A stretch of 36,558 nt of DNA from Candidatus Thalassarchaeum sp. (GCA_965658085.1 CBFHQW010000003.1:1-36558), one strand, 5' to 3'. Positions 1 to 8,450 are shown, counted from the stretch's first letter. Notes: generated from the letters alone by a model not told the origin. Made by a program: numbers and translations.

Positions 1-1451
1 CACGCCACCAACTGCTCGGATGCGGCTACGATTGAAAATGCCCCCTCAGATACTACTGTGGTGACAAGTTCCTGATTGTCATCCACGACCTCCAGATAAT
101 CTTCGTGGACCATTATCAGCAGAGGCTGACCTGTCGCCGACTCGGCTATGGTTACATCGAGCAACACGTCACTCTCGTTGCGACTGAACTTCGGAGTGAA
201 CTCGGCGCTGATTGACTCAAGATTGTAGTAATCCAACCTATGTGAGTCGTGAAGCACCAGTGAGGAGCCCGAGATGACGACGGCTGGTGAAAACCCCCAT
301 GGCTCGCCCGAGATTATACTACCTTGCTCGGCACTCACATTCCAGACACTTATCGAGACACTCAGGGATTCAGGGTCCTCCTCGACCGAAACCAGCCACC
401 CGTCAGAGCCGGCAGCTGACGTCGGCCACTCCACTCCCTCGACAGGAAAGTCCTGATGCGTGGCATCCCATAGCAACACTAAGCCAGTGGAGAGGAGTAG
501 TGCTGCGATTATCGCACTGGTCTGCTTCCTGCTCGGCTCCCTAAATGGTCTGAACACAGAGACAATGCTGCTGACTGTACCTTGGATTGACTTACTCGGA
601 TCTGCGATAGCGCGCGCCAGCCTACGGCTGAATAAACGCTCATCTGCAACATTCCACAATGGCTGATTGGTCCTAGAAGTCATCTGGACTGCTATGATGC
701 CTACCGCCATGCCGCCGATGATGTCTACTATCCAGTGGATGCCAAGATAGATGATGGTGAAAGCAGTCAACATTGTGAACGCCATCAGGAAGTTGCGGTA
801 CTTCTCCCACCTACCGTCATCGTCCCATCTTTGCATGGTCAGCCAGATTGCGAATGGCAGCCCAATGTGCAGGCTAGGCATTCCGTTTGAGAACGGGTCT
901 ATGCGGGTGAACCAGTTATTGATCTCGGGAGTCAGGTCGTAAGCGATGGTCTGCATAGCTGGAATGTGGGCCCCGGTCACTCCTACGTTGAAGAACAGGT
1001 AGAATGGGATGGCTATGACGTAGACCCAGAACATCGACAGCGACACCCTGTCAGCCATGTGCCTGTCATCGAAGTATATCGGATACAGGAAGGAGGCGAA
1101 GGTGGCGGTCATGAAGCCCATGACGTAGAAGTGAGTGAGAGCTTCGTCGAGGAACGCGTTACGGAGCCCCTGCTGTACCCACAGCACGATATCACCCTCT
1201 ATGGCATACACATAGGGAGTCATATCGATCTGGGTGTTGGCCATCAGGGTCCTGTCCATGCCATCCAGCAAATCCTTCCAGAGATAGACCGAGAAGACCA
1301 CAATCATATGCGCCCAGTAGCGCCTGAACATGTCGATGAAACCGTCAAGACTGAGTTTCGCATACTTCGGCTTGAACAACGGCATCATCGCTATGCTGAG
1401 TATGATTGCACCTGTGACCCAGGTGATGTAGATGCCAGTGCCCGCTGCCAT
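1..1451 (-). CDS. PAP2-type (PAP2_3 / Aur1-Ipt1-like) integral membrane phosphatase/phosphotransferase with a C-terminal non-membrane extension; the 3' end runs off the left edge
   Basis: Not in the supplied ORF track, probably because it has no stop inside the window. My own translation from the ATG at 1451..1449 reads MAAGTGIYITWVTGAIILSIAMMPLFKPKY... and stays open to position 1 (about 483 codons). The frame was re-checked at 302..300. It has several hydrophobic helices. Motifs NGMPSLHIGLPF and GIHWIVDIIGGMAVG fit the PSLH ... HxxxD signature of PAP2 enzymes. After about residue 300 there is a Ser/Val/Glu-rich soluble-looking region. Confidence 0.6.
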   Translation of the reverse strand, partial: MAAGTGIYITWVTGAIILSIAMMPLFKPKYAKLSLDGFIDMFRRYWAHMIVVFSVYLWKDLLDGMDRTLMANTQIDMTPYVYAIEGDIVLWVQQGLRNAFLDEALTHFYVMGFMTATFASFLYPIYFDDRHMADRVSLSMFWVYVIAIPFYLFFNVGVTGAHIPAMQTIAYDLTPEINNWFTRIDPFSNGMPSLHIGLPFAIWLTMQRWDDDGRWEKYRNFLMAFTMLTAFTIIYLGIHWIVDIIGGMAVGIIAVQMTSRTNQPLWNVADERLFSRRLARAIADPSKSIQGTVSSIVSVFRPFREPSRKQTSAIIAALLLSTGLVLLWDATHQDFPVEGVEWPTSAAGSDGWLVSVEEDPESLSVSISVWNVSAEQGSIISGEPWGFSPAVVISGSSLVLHDSHRLDYYNLESISAEFTPKFSRNESDVLLDVTIAESATGQPLLIMVHEDYLEVVDDNQELVTTVVSEGAFSIVAASEQLVA

Positions 1452-1511
1452 GCCCTATCCTTTTCGGGTCGTGAGCGCGCCATCAAATCGACCCCTCTGC
1501 GAGAGGCTCCG

Positions 1512-2525
1512 TCAAGTAATGCGACCCTGAGGTCCGGAGCCCTCTTCGAGGGTGGTCAGAATGTTGTCCACTATTGAGTCGAACGAGATCGCTGTATCGC
1601 CGTCAGGCTCAGCAATAATTCGATGCACCCCGTCATCCCCTCCTCTGACTACTCCTGGATCAAAAGGCAGGGAGCCGAGGAATGGCACATCCAGTTCTGT
1701 GGCAGCGGAGGCACCACCTCCGGACTTGAAGACATCCAGAGTCAGCGACCAGTCACCTGCTTCATCGGCCAACGCCTGCACAGGTACACCTGCTGGGCCC
1801 ATTACTGAGACCTCGGTGCTAGGCTCGGCTGTGCCTCGGATAGTGTAACCACTCATGTTCTCGACCACGCCCAGCACAGGGACAGATAGCGTCTTGGCGA
1901 AGTTGATTGACTTGCGACTATCAAGCAGCGCCACCTCCTGGGGCGTAGTGACGATTACCACGCCATCAATTCCTGGTAGATTCTGGCTGACTGTAAGGGG
2001 CTCGTCACTGGTTCCGGGAGGGAAGTCGATGATGAGGGCGTCGAGCTCACCCCAAGCCACGTCACCAATGAACTGCTGAATAGCCCCGAGCTTGATTGGC
2101 CCCCTCCATATGACCGGCTTGTCAGGATCCTCGAGCAGGAAAGCCATCGAGATTACCTTCAGCCCGTGAGGTCCAGGTGCGGGATGTATCTGACCGTCTT
2201 CGACATTCAGCTCGGCTGCCTCTATGCCAAGCATCTTTGGCACATTAGGGCCGGTGATGTCGATGTCCATCAAACCGACTCTCATGCCTCTACGAGCGAG
2301 GCACAATGCGAGCCCCGTTGCGACGGTGGACTTGCCCACACCTCCCTTGCCGGATAGCACCATGACCTTGTGCTTGATGTCCTCGTCTAGTTTGGTTATT
2401 CTCAACTTACGTTGCATCTGTTGGTAGGCCTGCTCCATCTGCGCTTTCTGTTCAAGAGAGCCATCATCTTCGGCAGCCTTCTCGTCCGAACCTCCCGTAT
2501 GATGGCTGATTGGTGAATCTGTCAT
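1512..2525 (-). CDS. Mrp/NBP35/ApbC-family Fe-S cluster carrier ATPase
   Basis: 337-aa ORF with the deviant Walker A motif VLSGKGGVGKSTVA. Further matches are DIDITGPN, LIIDFPPGTSDE and VVENMS, typical of the Mrp/ApbC family. Confidence 0.9.
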   Translation of the reverse strand: MTDSPISHHTGGSDEKAAEDDGSLEQKAQMEQAYQQMQRKLRITKLDEDIKHKVMVLSGKGGVGKSTVATGLALCLARRGMRVGLMDIDITGPNVPKMLGIEAAELNVEDGQIHPAPGPHGLKVISMAFLLEDPDKPVIWRGPIKLGAIQQFIGDVAWGELDALIIDFPPGTSDEPLTVSQNLPGIDGVVIVTTPQEVALLDSRKSINFAKTLSVPVLGVVENMSGYTIRGTAEPSTEVSVMGPAGVPVQALADEAGDWSLTLDVFKSGGGASAATELDVPFLGSLPFDPGVVRGGDDGVHRIIAEPDGDTAISFDSIVDNILTTLEEGSGPQGRIT

Positions 2526-2633
2526 GTCATGCTCGCGGCATGAGGTATACTTGAATTCTGTTCAGGCCTTCTCAGACTCCGTATTGCGAATATTGCGGTT
2601 TAGTTCATTAAATCTGGACCGCACAGGGTCACC

Positions 2634-2993
2634 ATGCGACTGCTGTTTGTCTGCGTCGGCAACACCTGCCGCAGTCAGATGGCCGAGGCTGTAGCCAAGC
2701 ACATGGGACACGAGGCTCAATCCGCTGGAACGAGACCCGGTTCTGCAGTGGCCCAGGACGCAATCAAGGTGACCGGAGAGGTTGGCATAGAAATGAGCGG
2801 GCAGTACCCCAAATCAATCGATGATATCCTCATCACAGGTTTCGATCGGATAATCAGTATGGGCTGTGGTGTCGAATGTCCGGCCCTATCGATGGACGAC
2901 GATTGGGAGCTTGAGGACCCAGTTGGTCGGGGTGAGGCTTTCTACAGAAAAACTCTCGAAGAAATCAAGCAGCGGCTCCTAACGCTGGATTGA
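2634..2993 (+). CDS. arsC: Low-molecular-weight phosphatase family protein, ArsC-type arsenate reductase-like
   Basis: 119 aa with an N-terminal CVGNTCRSQMAE P-loop (CX5R-S). The downstream MGCGVECP cysteine pair resembles thioredoxin-coupled ArsC. An AT-rich TATA-like box (cattaaat) lies about 25 nt upstream. Confidence 0.7.
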   Translation: MRLLFVCVGNTCRSQMAEAVAKHMGHEAQSAGTRPGSAVAQDAIKVTGEVGIEMSGQYPKSIDDILITGFDRIISMGCGVECPALSMDDDWELEDPVGRGEAFYRKTLEEIKQRLLTLD

Positions 2994-3039
2994 GACAAAC
3001 CGACGCTTAGAAAAGCGATTCTAGTTTCCCAGATTCCAC

Positions 3040-3114
3040 ACGAGTGTAGTGTAGTGGTTATCACCGGGCGTTGCCAACGCCTGAACCCGGGTTCAAATCC
3101 CGGCACTCGTACCA
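3040..3114 (+). tRNA. tRNA-Gly (anticodon GCC), CCA encoded
   Basis: Hand-folded cloverleaf. Acceptor is ACGAGTG/CACTCGT. Anticodon stem is GGGCG/CGCCT with loop TTGCCAA. T arm is CCGGG-TTCAAAT-CCCGG. Discriminator A is followed by CCA. Confidence 0.9.
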
Positions 3115-3195
3115 TTCGATTGTTCCAGATACCCCCAAATCACCCACAGAAACGTCTTCGACAGATTCAATATGTGATGCCCATGACTCCATTTC

Positions 3196-3540
3196 ATGAA
3201 AGAATTCAGAATCAACATGAGTGATGAACCCGGGTCTCTAGCTGAGCTCTGCGAGACCATCGCTTCGAAAGATGTCAACATACTGGCTATCGTTGCAATA
3301 TCCGGGGAATCCGCATCTGCTGCGATTCTGACCGACAATGCAGATGCTACCTCTGCGGCGCTTGATGGCATGGGTGCAGATTACTCAGTAGCAGATCTGA
3401 AGTCAGCCAAGTTGAATCACAAGCCCGGTTCTCTGGCCGCTTTCACAAGGGGTATGGGCAACTCTGGAGTCAACCTCACATCGCTGTATGTCATGTCGAT
3501 AGATGGCGACAGTGCCACCATTGGCTACACTACAGAATGA
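3196..3540 (+). CDS. Small ACT-domain protein (two short ACT-like units)
   Basis: 114 aa. The segments INMSDEPGSLAELCETIASKDVNILAI and KLNHKPGSLAAFTRGMGNSGVNLTSLYV are two copies of the ACT beta-alpha-beta ligand-binding signature (xxDxPGxLaxv...NI). Confidence 0.6.
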   Translation: MKEFRINMSDEPGSLAELCETIASKDVNILAIVAISGESASAAILTDNADATSAALDGMGADYSVADLKSAKLNHKPGSLAAFTRGMGNSGVNLTSLYVMSIDGDSATIGYTTE

Positions 3541-3545
3541 TGCAA

Positions 3546-3620
3546 GCGGACATGGTCTAGTGGTTATGACAGTAGGTTCCCAACCTGCTAACCCGGGTTC
3601 AACTCCCGGTGTCCGCACCA
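3546..3620 (+). tRNA. tRNA-Gly (anticodon CCC), CCA encoded
   Basis: Hand-folded cloverleaf. Acceptor is GCGGACA/TGTCCGC. Anticodon stem is GTAGG/CCTGC with loop TTCCCAA. T arm is CCGGG-TTCAACT-CCCGG. Discriminator A plus CCA. Confidence 0.9.
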
Positions 3621-3639
3621 ATCGCACGTACGAGATTCT

Positions 3640-4515
3640 TCATCGCTCAACCTTCTCTCCGCTGGTCCAGTCGTAGATTCCCTTCCCCGTCTTCTTTCCA
3701 AGGTCACCAGCCTCCACCAGTTGGTCAAGCAAAGGGTGCGGCCTGTAACTCTCGTCATTGAAGGCATCGGCGAGGTTGTTGAGTATGTCACGTCGTACAT
3801 CCAAGCCCACGAAGTCGCTAAGCTCCAATGGCCCCATCGGATGCCGATAGCCTAGGCGCATCGCGTTGTCGATATCGTTTGCAGAGGCAACTCCTTCGGC
3901 CAGCATGCGAATGGCCTCATTGCCAAGCACGACACCGAGTCGACTAGTCGCAAAACCAGGTACATCGCGCACTAGGATAGTTGTTTTTCCCATCGCAGAA
4001 CCGATTGATTGCGCGGCTGTGATAGTCTCCTCGGAGACAGCGTCGTGGCGAACCAGCTCGAGCAGACTCATCAGTGGAACCGGATTGAAGAAGTGCATCC
4101 CGATGATCCTATCAGGGCATCCCGTCGATTGCGCTATCTCTGAGATTGGTAGTCCTGAGGTGTTGGTAGCGAGGATCGCGTGACTCGGTGCTAGGCGCTC
4201 CAACTCGGCGAAGATATCCTGCTTCAACTGCATACTTTCCGGAACCGCCTCAATGATGAGGTCGGCGCCTTCGACCGCTTCAGTCAAGTCATTGACAACT
4301 CTCAGGTTTCCCAACCACTCGGCCTTCTGATCAGATGTATTCTTGCCTCGCTCGATGCCTACCTCCCAGAAAGCCTCGATTACAGTCATCGCCAAGTAAA
4401 GACTCTCTGGAAACGCGTCGTACAAACGGGTCTTCCAACCGGTCTGGGCGCAAACTTGAGCTATTCCAGCACCCATGGTCCCAGCGCCGATGACGGCGAC
4501 GCTCTGGACTTCCAT
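3640..4515 (-). CDS. 3-hydroxyacyl-CoA (3-hydroxybutyryl-CoA) dehydrogenase
   Basis: Rossmann motif VAVIGAGTMGAGIAQ, plus NTSGLPISEIA, GMHFFNPVP and the C-terminal PMGPLELSDFVGLD. I trimmed the ORF-track start (4575) to the internal ATG at 4515 (MEVQSVAVIGAG). That start sits 5 nt after the stop of the upstream gene. Confidence 0.9.
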   Translation of the reverse strand: MEVQSVAVIGAGTMGAGIAQVCAQTGWKTRLYDAFPESLYLAMTVIEAFWEVGIERGKNTSDQKAEWLGNLRVVNDLTEAVEGADLIIEAVPESMQLKQDIFAELERLAPSHAILATNTSGLPISEIAQSTGCPDRIIGMHFFNPVPLMSLLELVRHDAVSEETITAAQSIGSAMGKTTILVRDVPGFATSRLGVVLGNEAIRMLAEGVASANDIDNAMRLGYRHPMGPLELSDFVGLDVRRDILNNLADAFNDESYRPHPLLDQLVEAGDLGKKTGKGIYDWTSGEKVER

Positions 4516-4519
4516 CCTA

Positions 4520-5080
4520 TTACTCCCTACCATAGGCCGCAAGCGCGGCTTGGAATAGCCGCTGGCGTGGCACATCGTGCTCTATGAAGCAAGTGAATGG
4601 AGCGACGTCCTTCAGTAACTCGATGGCACTCACATAGGCGCCGTAGATGAATGGATTAGCTGATTCAGTCGCAGGGATTTCAATTCCGAGCTTGGCCAGT
4701 CCCTTACGGGTGTCTTCGTCCCAGATTGCGTAGGTATGGTTGGTGAAGTGGAGGTATGCGGACAGTCTGCGCAGATCTGACCTCGCCGTCTCGGTAAAGC
4801 TCTCTATCAGGAGCGTGTCAGGATACCTAATGGCATACAACGCCAACATAACCTCTCTCTGAGTCTCCTCGCGCCAGTCACGTTCTGTTAGACCCATCCA
4901 TGAATCAATCATGTCGAGCATTTCGGGAGTGTACGGTCTGCGGACCATGTACAGCAGTTCCTCGTAACCCTCTGCATCGCCCTCTACGGAGTGGTGGTGT
5001 TGGTGGAAGTATTCAGTCAGTCTTTCGAAGAACGGTCCGCACCGCTCCTTGTCAAATGATATCAGCGCGACATGCTGCAC
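4520..5080 (-). CDS. Hypothetical helical protein co-transcribed with the diiron oxygenase (His-rich patch HQHHHS)
   Basis: 186-aa ORF packed between the oxygenase (20-nt gap) and Hbd (5-nt gap). Acidic composition like its neighbours. I recognised no family motif. Confidence 0.5.
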   Translation of the reverse strand: MQHVALISFDKERCGPFFERLTEYFHQHHHSVEGDAEGYEELLYMVRRPYTPEMLDMIDSWMGLTERDWREETQREVMLALYAIRYPDTLLIESFTETARSDLRRLSAYLHFTNHTYAIWDEDTRKGLAKLGIEIPATESANPFIYGAYVSAIELLKDVAPFTCFIEHDVPRQRLFQAALAAYGRE

Positions 5081-5099
5081 ATCAAGGCCCCCAGCCGAG

Positions 5100-6242
5100 T
5101 CAGTCTCCCTTCCATTCTCGGTATTGAATCCATTCTTGTTGCATGTACTCGTTTACCAACTGATCCTCGTCCTTGTCTGACGGGAGGACTGACGAGAGGT
5201 AATCCTCCCAAGATTCATCATCTCCTTCAAATTCATCGCCGTGTACGGTGTAACGCTTGCCGGCGAACCTACCTATGCCCCGCTCAAACTTGTCAGAGGG
5301 GATGTAGAGTTCCGGCTCTCCATCCTTGCGAACTTTGCTGATTCTTCGCATCTCATCTCGAAGTTCTTGGAAGTATAACTCTCTACTGGCTTCGTTCAGG
5401 TGCTCCCTGTCCGCATCCTCCTGTGCCTCACGCTCATCGTAGCGACCCTTGACTCCGTAGACATATGCCCATTGGGCGCTCGCCGAGTCATCGGTCCCGA
5501 ACAAATCGAGTCCAGTGCTCACCCACTTGTTGACATATTTCTGAATGAGGTCGCATGGGATGACACCCTGCTTCACTATCCGACGCAGGCCATTGGCTCC
5601 GGTTCCGAGATGAAAAGACTCCTCCTTCAGCATTGGCCCCATACTCGCAGCCAGTGGTTTGAACGATGAGGTACTGAGCATCTTGAGTTGGTACTTGCCG
5701 TCGCGATCAATGAAGTGGGTGAACATGAAGAAGTCGAGCCAGTGGTCAATCGGCTCGTTGAAAGAGCCCAGTATTCTCGTTCCTTCCTGAGCGTTTCTCT
5801 CGAGCAACTTGGAAGCTTCGCGTATCCCCTGCTCGCCGAAGAATGTGCATAATAGATAGGCCATCTGCCAGCCGTGGCGCTGCTCCTCGCACATGATTCT
5901 TAGAGCGGACTTACGGTCGTATTCAGTCGGAGCTGAGGCAAGCAGGTGGTTTTGCTGCTCAACTGAGGCGAATTCAGTATCGCCCTGAACACTGACCATA
6001 TTGATAATCGCATCGCGAATGGTTTGCTGGGGAATCTGCATCCTGCGATCCCACTTTGGTTTACCTACAAAGTCACCGAACTCAATTTGGCTGCCAGCTG
6101 TATCCCAATCGAACTTGATGTCGAAGCGGTAGTCGCCGAGCCAGGAGGGGTCGAAGCCTATTCTGGTCTGCCACTCGCTGAAGTCGTGAATCCACGCCTC
6201 GAAGTTCTGAGTATAGTCCTTGACAATCTCTGCGTCTGCCAT
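5100..6242 (-). CDS. Ferritin-like diiron acyl-CoA oxygenase, PaaA/BoxB family (closest by eye to benzoyl-CoA 2,3-epoxidase subunit B)
   Basis: 380 aa with two ExxH diiron motifs (MCEEQRHGWQMAYLL and MLKEESFHLGTG). Blocks VQGDTEFASVEQQNHL and DFFMFTHFIDRDGKYQL match BoxB-type oxygenases as I remember them. No search was run. Confidence 0.6.
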   Translation of the reverse strand: MADAEIVKDYTQNFEAWIHDFSEWQTRIGFDPSWLGDYRFDIKFDWDTAGSQIEFGDFVGKPKWDRRMQIPQQTIRDAIINMVSVQGDTEFASVEQQNHLLASAPTEYDRKSALRIMCEEQRHGWQMAYLLCTFFGEQGIREASKLLERNAQEGTRILGSFNEPIDHWLDFFMFTHFIDRDGKYQLKMLSTSSFKPLAASMGPMLKEESFHLGTGANGLRRIVKQGVIPCDLIQKYVNKWVSTGLDLFGTDDSASAQWAYVYGVKGRYDEREAQEDADREHLNEASRELYFQELRDEMRRISKVRKDGEPELYIPSDKFERGIGRFAGKRYTVHGDEFEGDDESWEDYLSSVLPSDKDEDQLVNEYMQQEWIQYREWKGD

Positions 6243-6289
6243 GCAATATCGGCAGCGAGAACTGGTATATCAAACGCTGTATCAAAATT

Positions 6290-6307
6290 CGCACTCTTTA
6301 GAGTGCG
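6290..6307 (-). terminator. Perfect 8-bp inverted repeat (CGCACTCT-TT-AGAGTGCG) followed on the minus strand by AATTTTGAT; terminator-like or operator-like element between crotonase and oxygenase
   Basis: Read directly. It starts 6 nt downstream of the crotonase stop. A T-run follows on the coding (minus) strand. A TATA-like TTTGATATA (minus strand, about 6263-6273) lies about 20-30 nt upstream of the oxygenase ATG. Confidence 0.4.
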
Positions 6308-6312
6308 TTCAT

Positions 6313-7170
6313 CTAATTCCCATCGAATTCAGGTACTTCCCTGTTGACATAGGCTGCAATCCCCTTCTTGGCATCGTCACTCTGGAACAAGTCTGATTGC
6401 AATTCTCTCTCTAGGGCGAGATGATACTCAAGAGGTATCTCCATCCCACTTTGGACGCTGCGCTTGATGTTCCCGATGGCTTTGCTGGCTGCATAGGGTA
6501 AAGTGAATTGTCCGGCGTAGTCAAGAGTGTCTTGACGGAACTCATCGAGACTGCCGGCCCAGACGTCATGAACTAGGGCCATTTCCTTGGCTTCTTCGTA
6601 CGAGAACTTGCGTCCTGTAACCATAATCTCCATCGCTTTCGCCTTGCCGACTAGGCGAGATAGTCTGGCAGTCCCGCCGGTGCCGGCGAGAACACCTAGG
6701 GAGACTTCGGGCAAACCCACCTGGCCTGAGTCCTTGCGACTAATTCGGATGTCGGCTGCCATAGCGATCTCAAGGCCACCCCCTACGGCGTGGCCATTGA
6801 GGGCGGCGATTACGAGCTTGGGTGTCTGCTCAAGCCTGCTTAGAGTCTCATTGGCATGGAGGCAGAAGAAGTACTTGAAGCCGGGACTGACTGAGTCCAG
6901 CATGCTGATACTGGCTCCAGCCGAGAAGAACTTCTCACCGTGCCCAGTCAGCATAATCACGGTGACGTCATCGTCGAAGCGCGCCTTAAGCACGGCTTCA
7001 TCGATGTCACACATCATCGAGTGGGTGTAGGTGTTCACGGGAGTCTTTCCCTTTGTGAGGGGTTCTCCAGCTGAATCCGAGCACAGCTCAATGACGGCTA
7101 TCCCGTTGTCCGTCACTCCGTAGTTCACCAGATTGTTCGTCATCGGCTCAATTTCGGGCCAAGAGGTCAT
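6313..7170 (-). CDS. Enoyl-CoA hydratase/isomerase (crotonase superfamily)
   Basis: Motifs VIMLTGHGEKFFSAGASI and ALNGHAVGGGLEIAMAADIRI (oxyanion hole). I trimmed the start from 7281 to the ATG at 7170 to remove overlap with the upstream gene's stop at 7224. ATGs at 7194 and 7143 are also possible. Confidence 0.85.
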   Translation of the reverse strand: MTSWPEIEPMTNNLVNYGVTDNGIAVIELCSDSAGEPLTKGKTPVNTYTHSMMCDIDEAVLKARFDDDVTVIMLTGHGEKFFSAGASISMLDSVSPGFKYFFCLHANETLSRLEQTPKLVIAALNGHAVGGGLEIAMAADIRISRKDSGQVGLPEVSLGVLAGTGGTARLSRLVGKAKAMEIMVTGRKFSYEEAKEMALVHDVWAGSLDEFRQDTLDYAGQFTLPYAASKAIGNIKRSVQSGMEIPLEYHLALERELQSDLFQSDDAKKGIAAYVNREVPEFDGN

Positions 7171-7223
7171 GCTAGCGCCACAGAGGGACGCCATATCAAT
7201 CAAACGGAGTTGGAGGGACGCCT

Positions 7224-8450
7224 TTAGGCGTCGTTCTCGACAAAAGACGTCTTCCCTCCGCCCTTGCGAACGAGGTCCCAATGTTCTGCAATTTCCTCGC
7301 CTCTGGTGCTTGGTTCCCAGACATCTCTAGAAAGCGCCTTCCTAAATGGCATACGACTAACCATCCTGCCGTCTGCGAGCCGTTTACGCCTCAACATGCC
7401 GAGCCTGACTGCTGGCCACAGCATTCTCCGAATTAGTCCAGGCTTGTACACCCAGCGCATGAACACGAGACCATCTCCCTTCTTGCGCTGGTCACGCATC
7501 CAGTGGTTGGCCACCATCTTGAAACCTCGATTGCCAACTCTGTTCATTAGGAAACGGTTGACGGCGCTAGCCCTGACAAGGGGAACGAGACGCCCCCTCA
7601 CTTCACTCTCGTAGTCACACTCGCCTAGGACAGCCTTGGCGGCCATAACGCCGCTAGTAACCGCGTAACGCATCCCGAAGCCCCACATGAAGTCCTGTAG
7701 GCCACCTGCCTCGCCGACATAGTAGCGACCCTCGTGTACGTACTTGTCAGGCAGCGAGAAGTCGCCCTTGCCACCGACCCTCTTAATCGGTCTTCGATTC
7801 AGGTTGTAGTGCTGTTCGTACCATGCGATGGTCTCGTTGAGGTAGCGCGAAGTCTTCTTTTGTTGGCGCCACAGACAGGTGCAAATCAGACCTATGCCAT
7901 CGATGATGATGAGATAGGAATAGGCTCCTGGGGCCAGTTTGTCATTCAGCTGGAAGGTGACGTGATTGGGATGGTCGGTGTGAAAAATCTCCCCGAATGC
8001 CACTGCACTGGACTCCTTCGGACCGGCGGCGATGATATGACAGTCATTGGGATCCCTACGGGTATCGTAGTGGATTTCTGCACCCGCATTGAGTGCCATC
8101 CGCTTGAAGCCTTGGTCGATGCAATGTTCAGCAGTCCCACGCTCTACTACACGGAAAGCGAGTCCTGATGTTCGAGGTTGAGTTATTTCGTCGTCAGGAT
8201 GGACGAGATCAATCACATCAAACGCATCGGACTTGAATTCCTCTGGGTCGAAGCCCCATTCTCGTATCTCATCGAAGAAGTCGGAGCCACTGGTCCAGTT
8301 CTCTATACCTTGGAAATCACCGTCGAAGCGAGCCCCACTATCTGAACGAATCTCGTGTACATGCACCTCAAGTCCCGCATTCGCGAGATAGGTAGCCGCA
8401 GCGAGGCCCGAGAGACCTGCACCTAGTATGTGGACTGGCTCACTGCTCAT
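7224..8450 (-). CDS. FAD-dependent oxidoreductase (geranylgeranyl-reductase / FixC-like family) with a basic C-terminal extension
   Basis: N-terminal dinucleotide fold ILGAGLSGLAAATYLANAGLEVHVHE, plus YYVGEAGGLQD near the C-terminal FAD-contact motif. 408 aa. Confidence 0.7.
   Translation of the reverse strand: MSSEPVHILGAGLSGLAAATYLANAGLEVHVHEIRSDSGARFDGDFQGIENWTSGSDFFDEIREWGFDPEEFKSDAFDVIDLVHPDDEITQPRTSGLAFRVVERGTAEHCIDQGFKRMALNAGAEIHYDTRRDPNDCHIIAAGPKESSAVAFGEIFHTDHPNHVTFQLNDKLAPGAYSYLIIIDGIGLICTCLWRQQKKTSRYLNETIAWYEQHYNLNRRPIKRVGGKGDFSLPDKYVHEGRYYVGEAGGLQDFMWGFGMRYAVTSGVMAAKAVLGECDYESEVRGRLVPLVRASAVNRFLMNRVGNRGFKMVANHWMRDQRKKGDGLVFMRWVYKPGLIRRMLWPAVRLGMLRRKRLADGRMVSRMPFRKALSRDVWEPSTRGEEIAEHWDLVRKGGGKTSFVENDA

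Noticed and set aside
966-1577. 203-aa plus-strand ORF (and the smaller plus-strand ORFs at 274-942)
   Set aside because: It lies entirely antisense to the long open PAP2-like frame on the minus strand. It has an odd His/Glu/Val-rich composition, a GTG start and no recognisable motif. It also overlaps the Mrp gene's 3' end.
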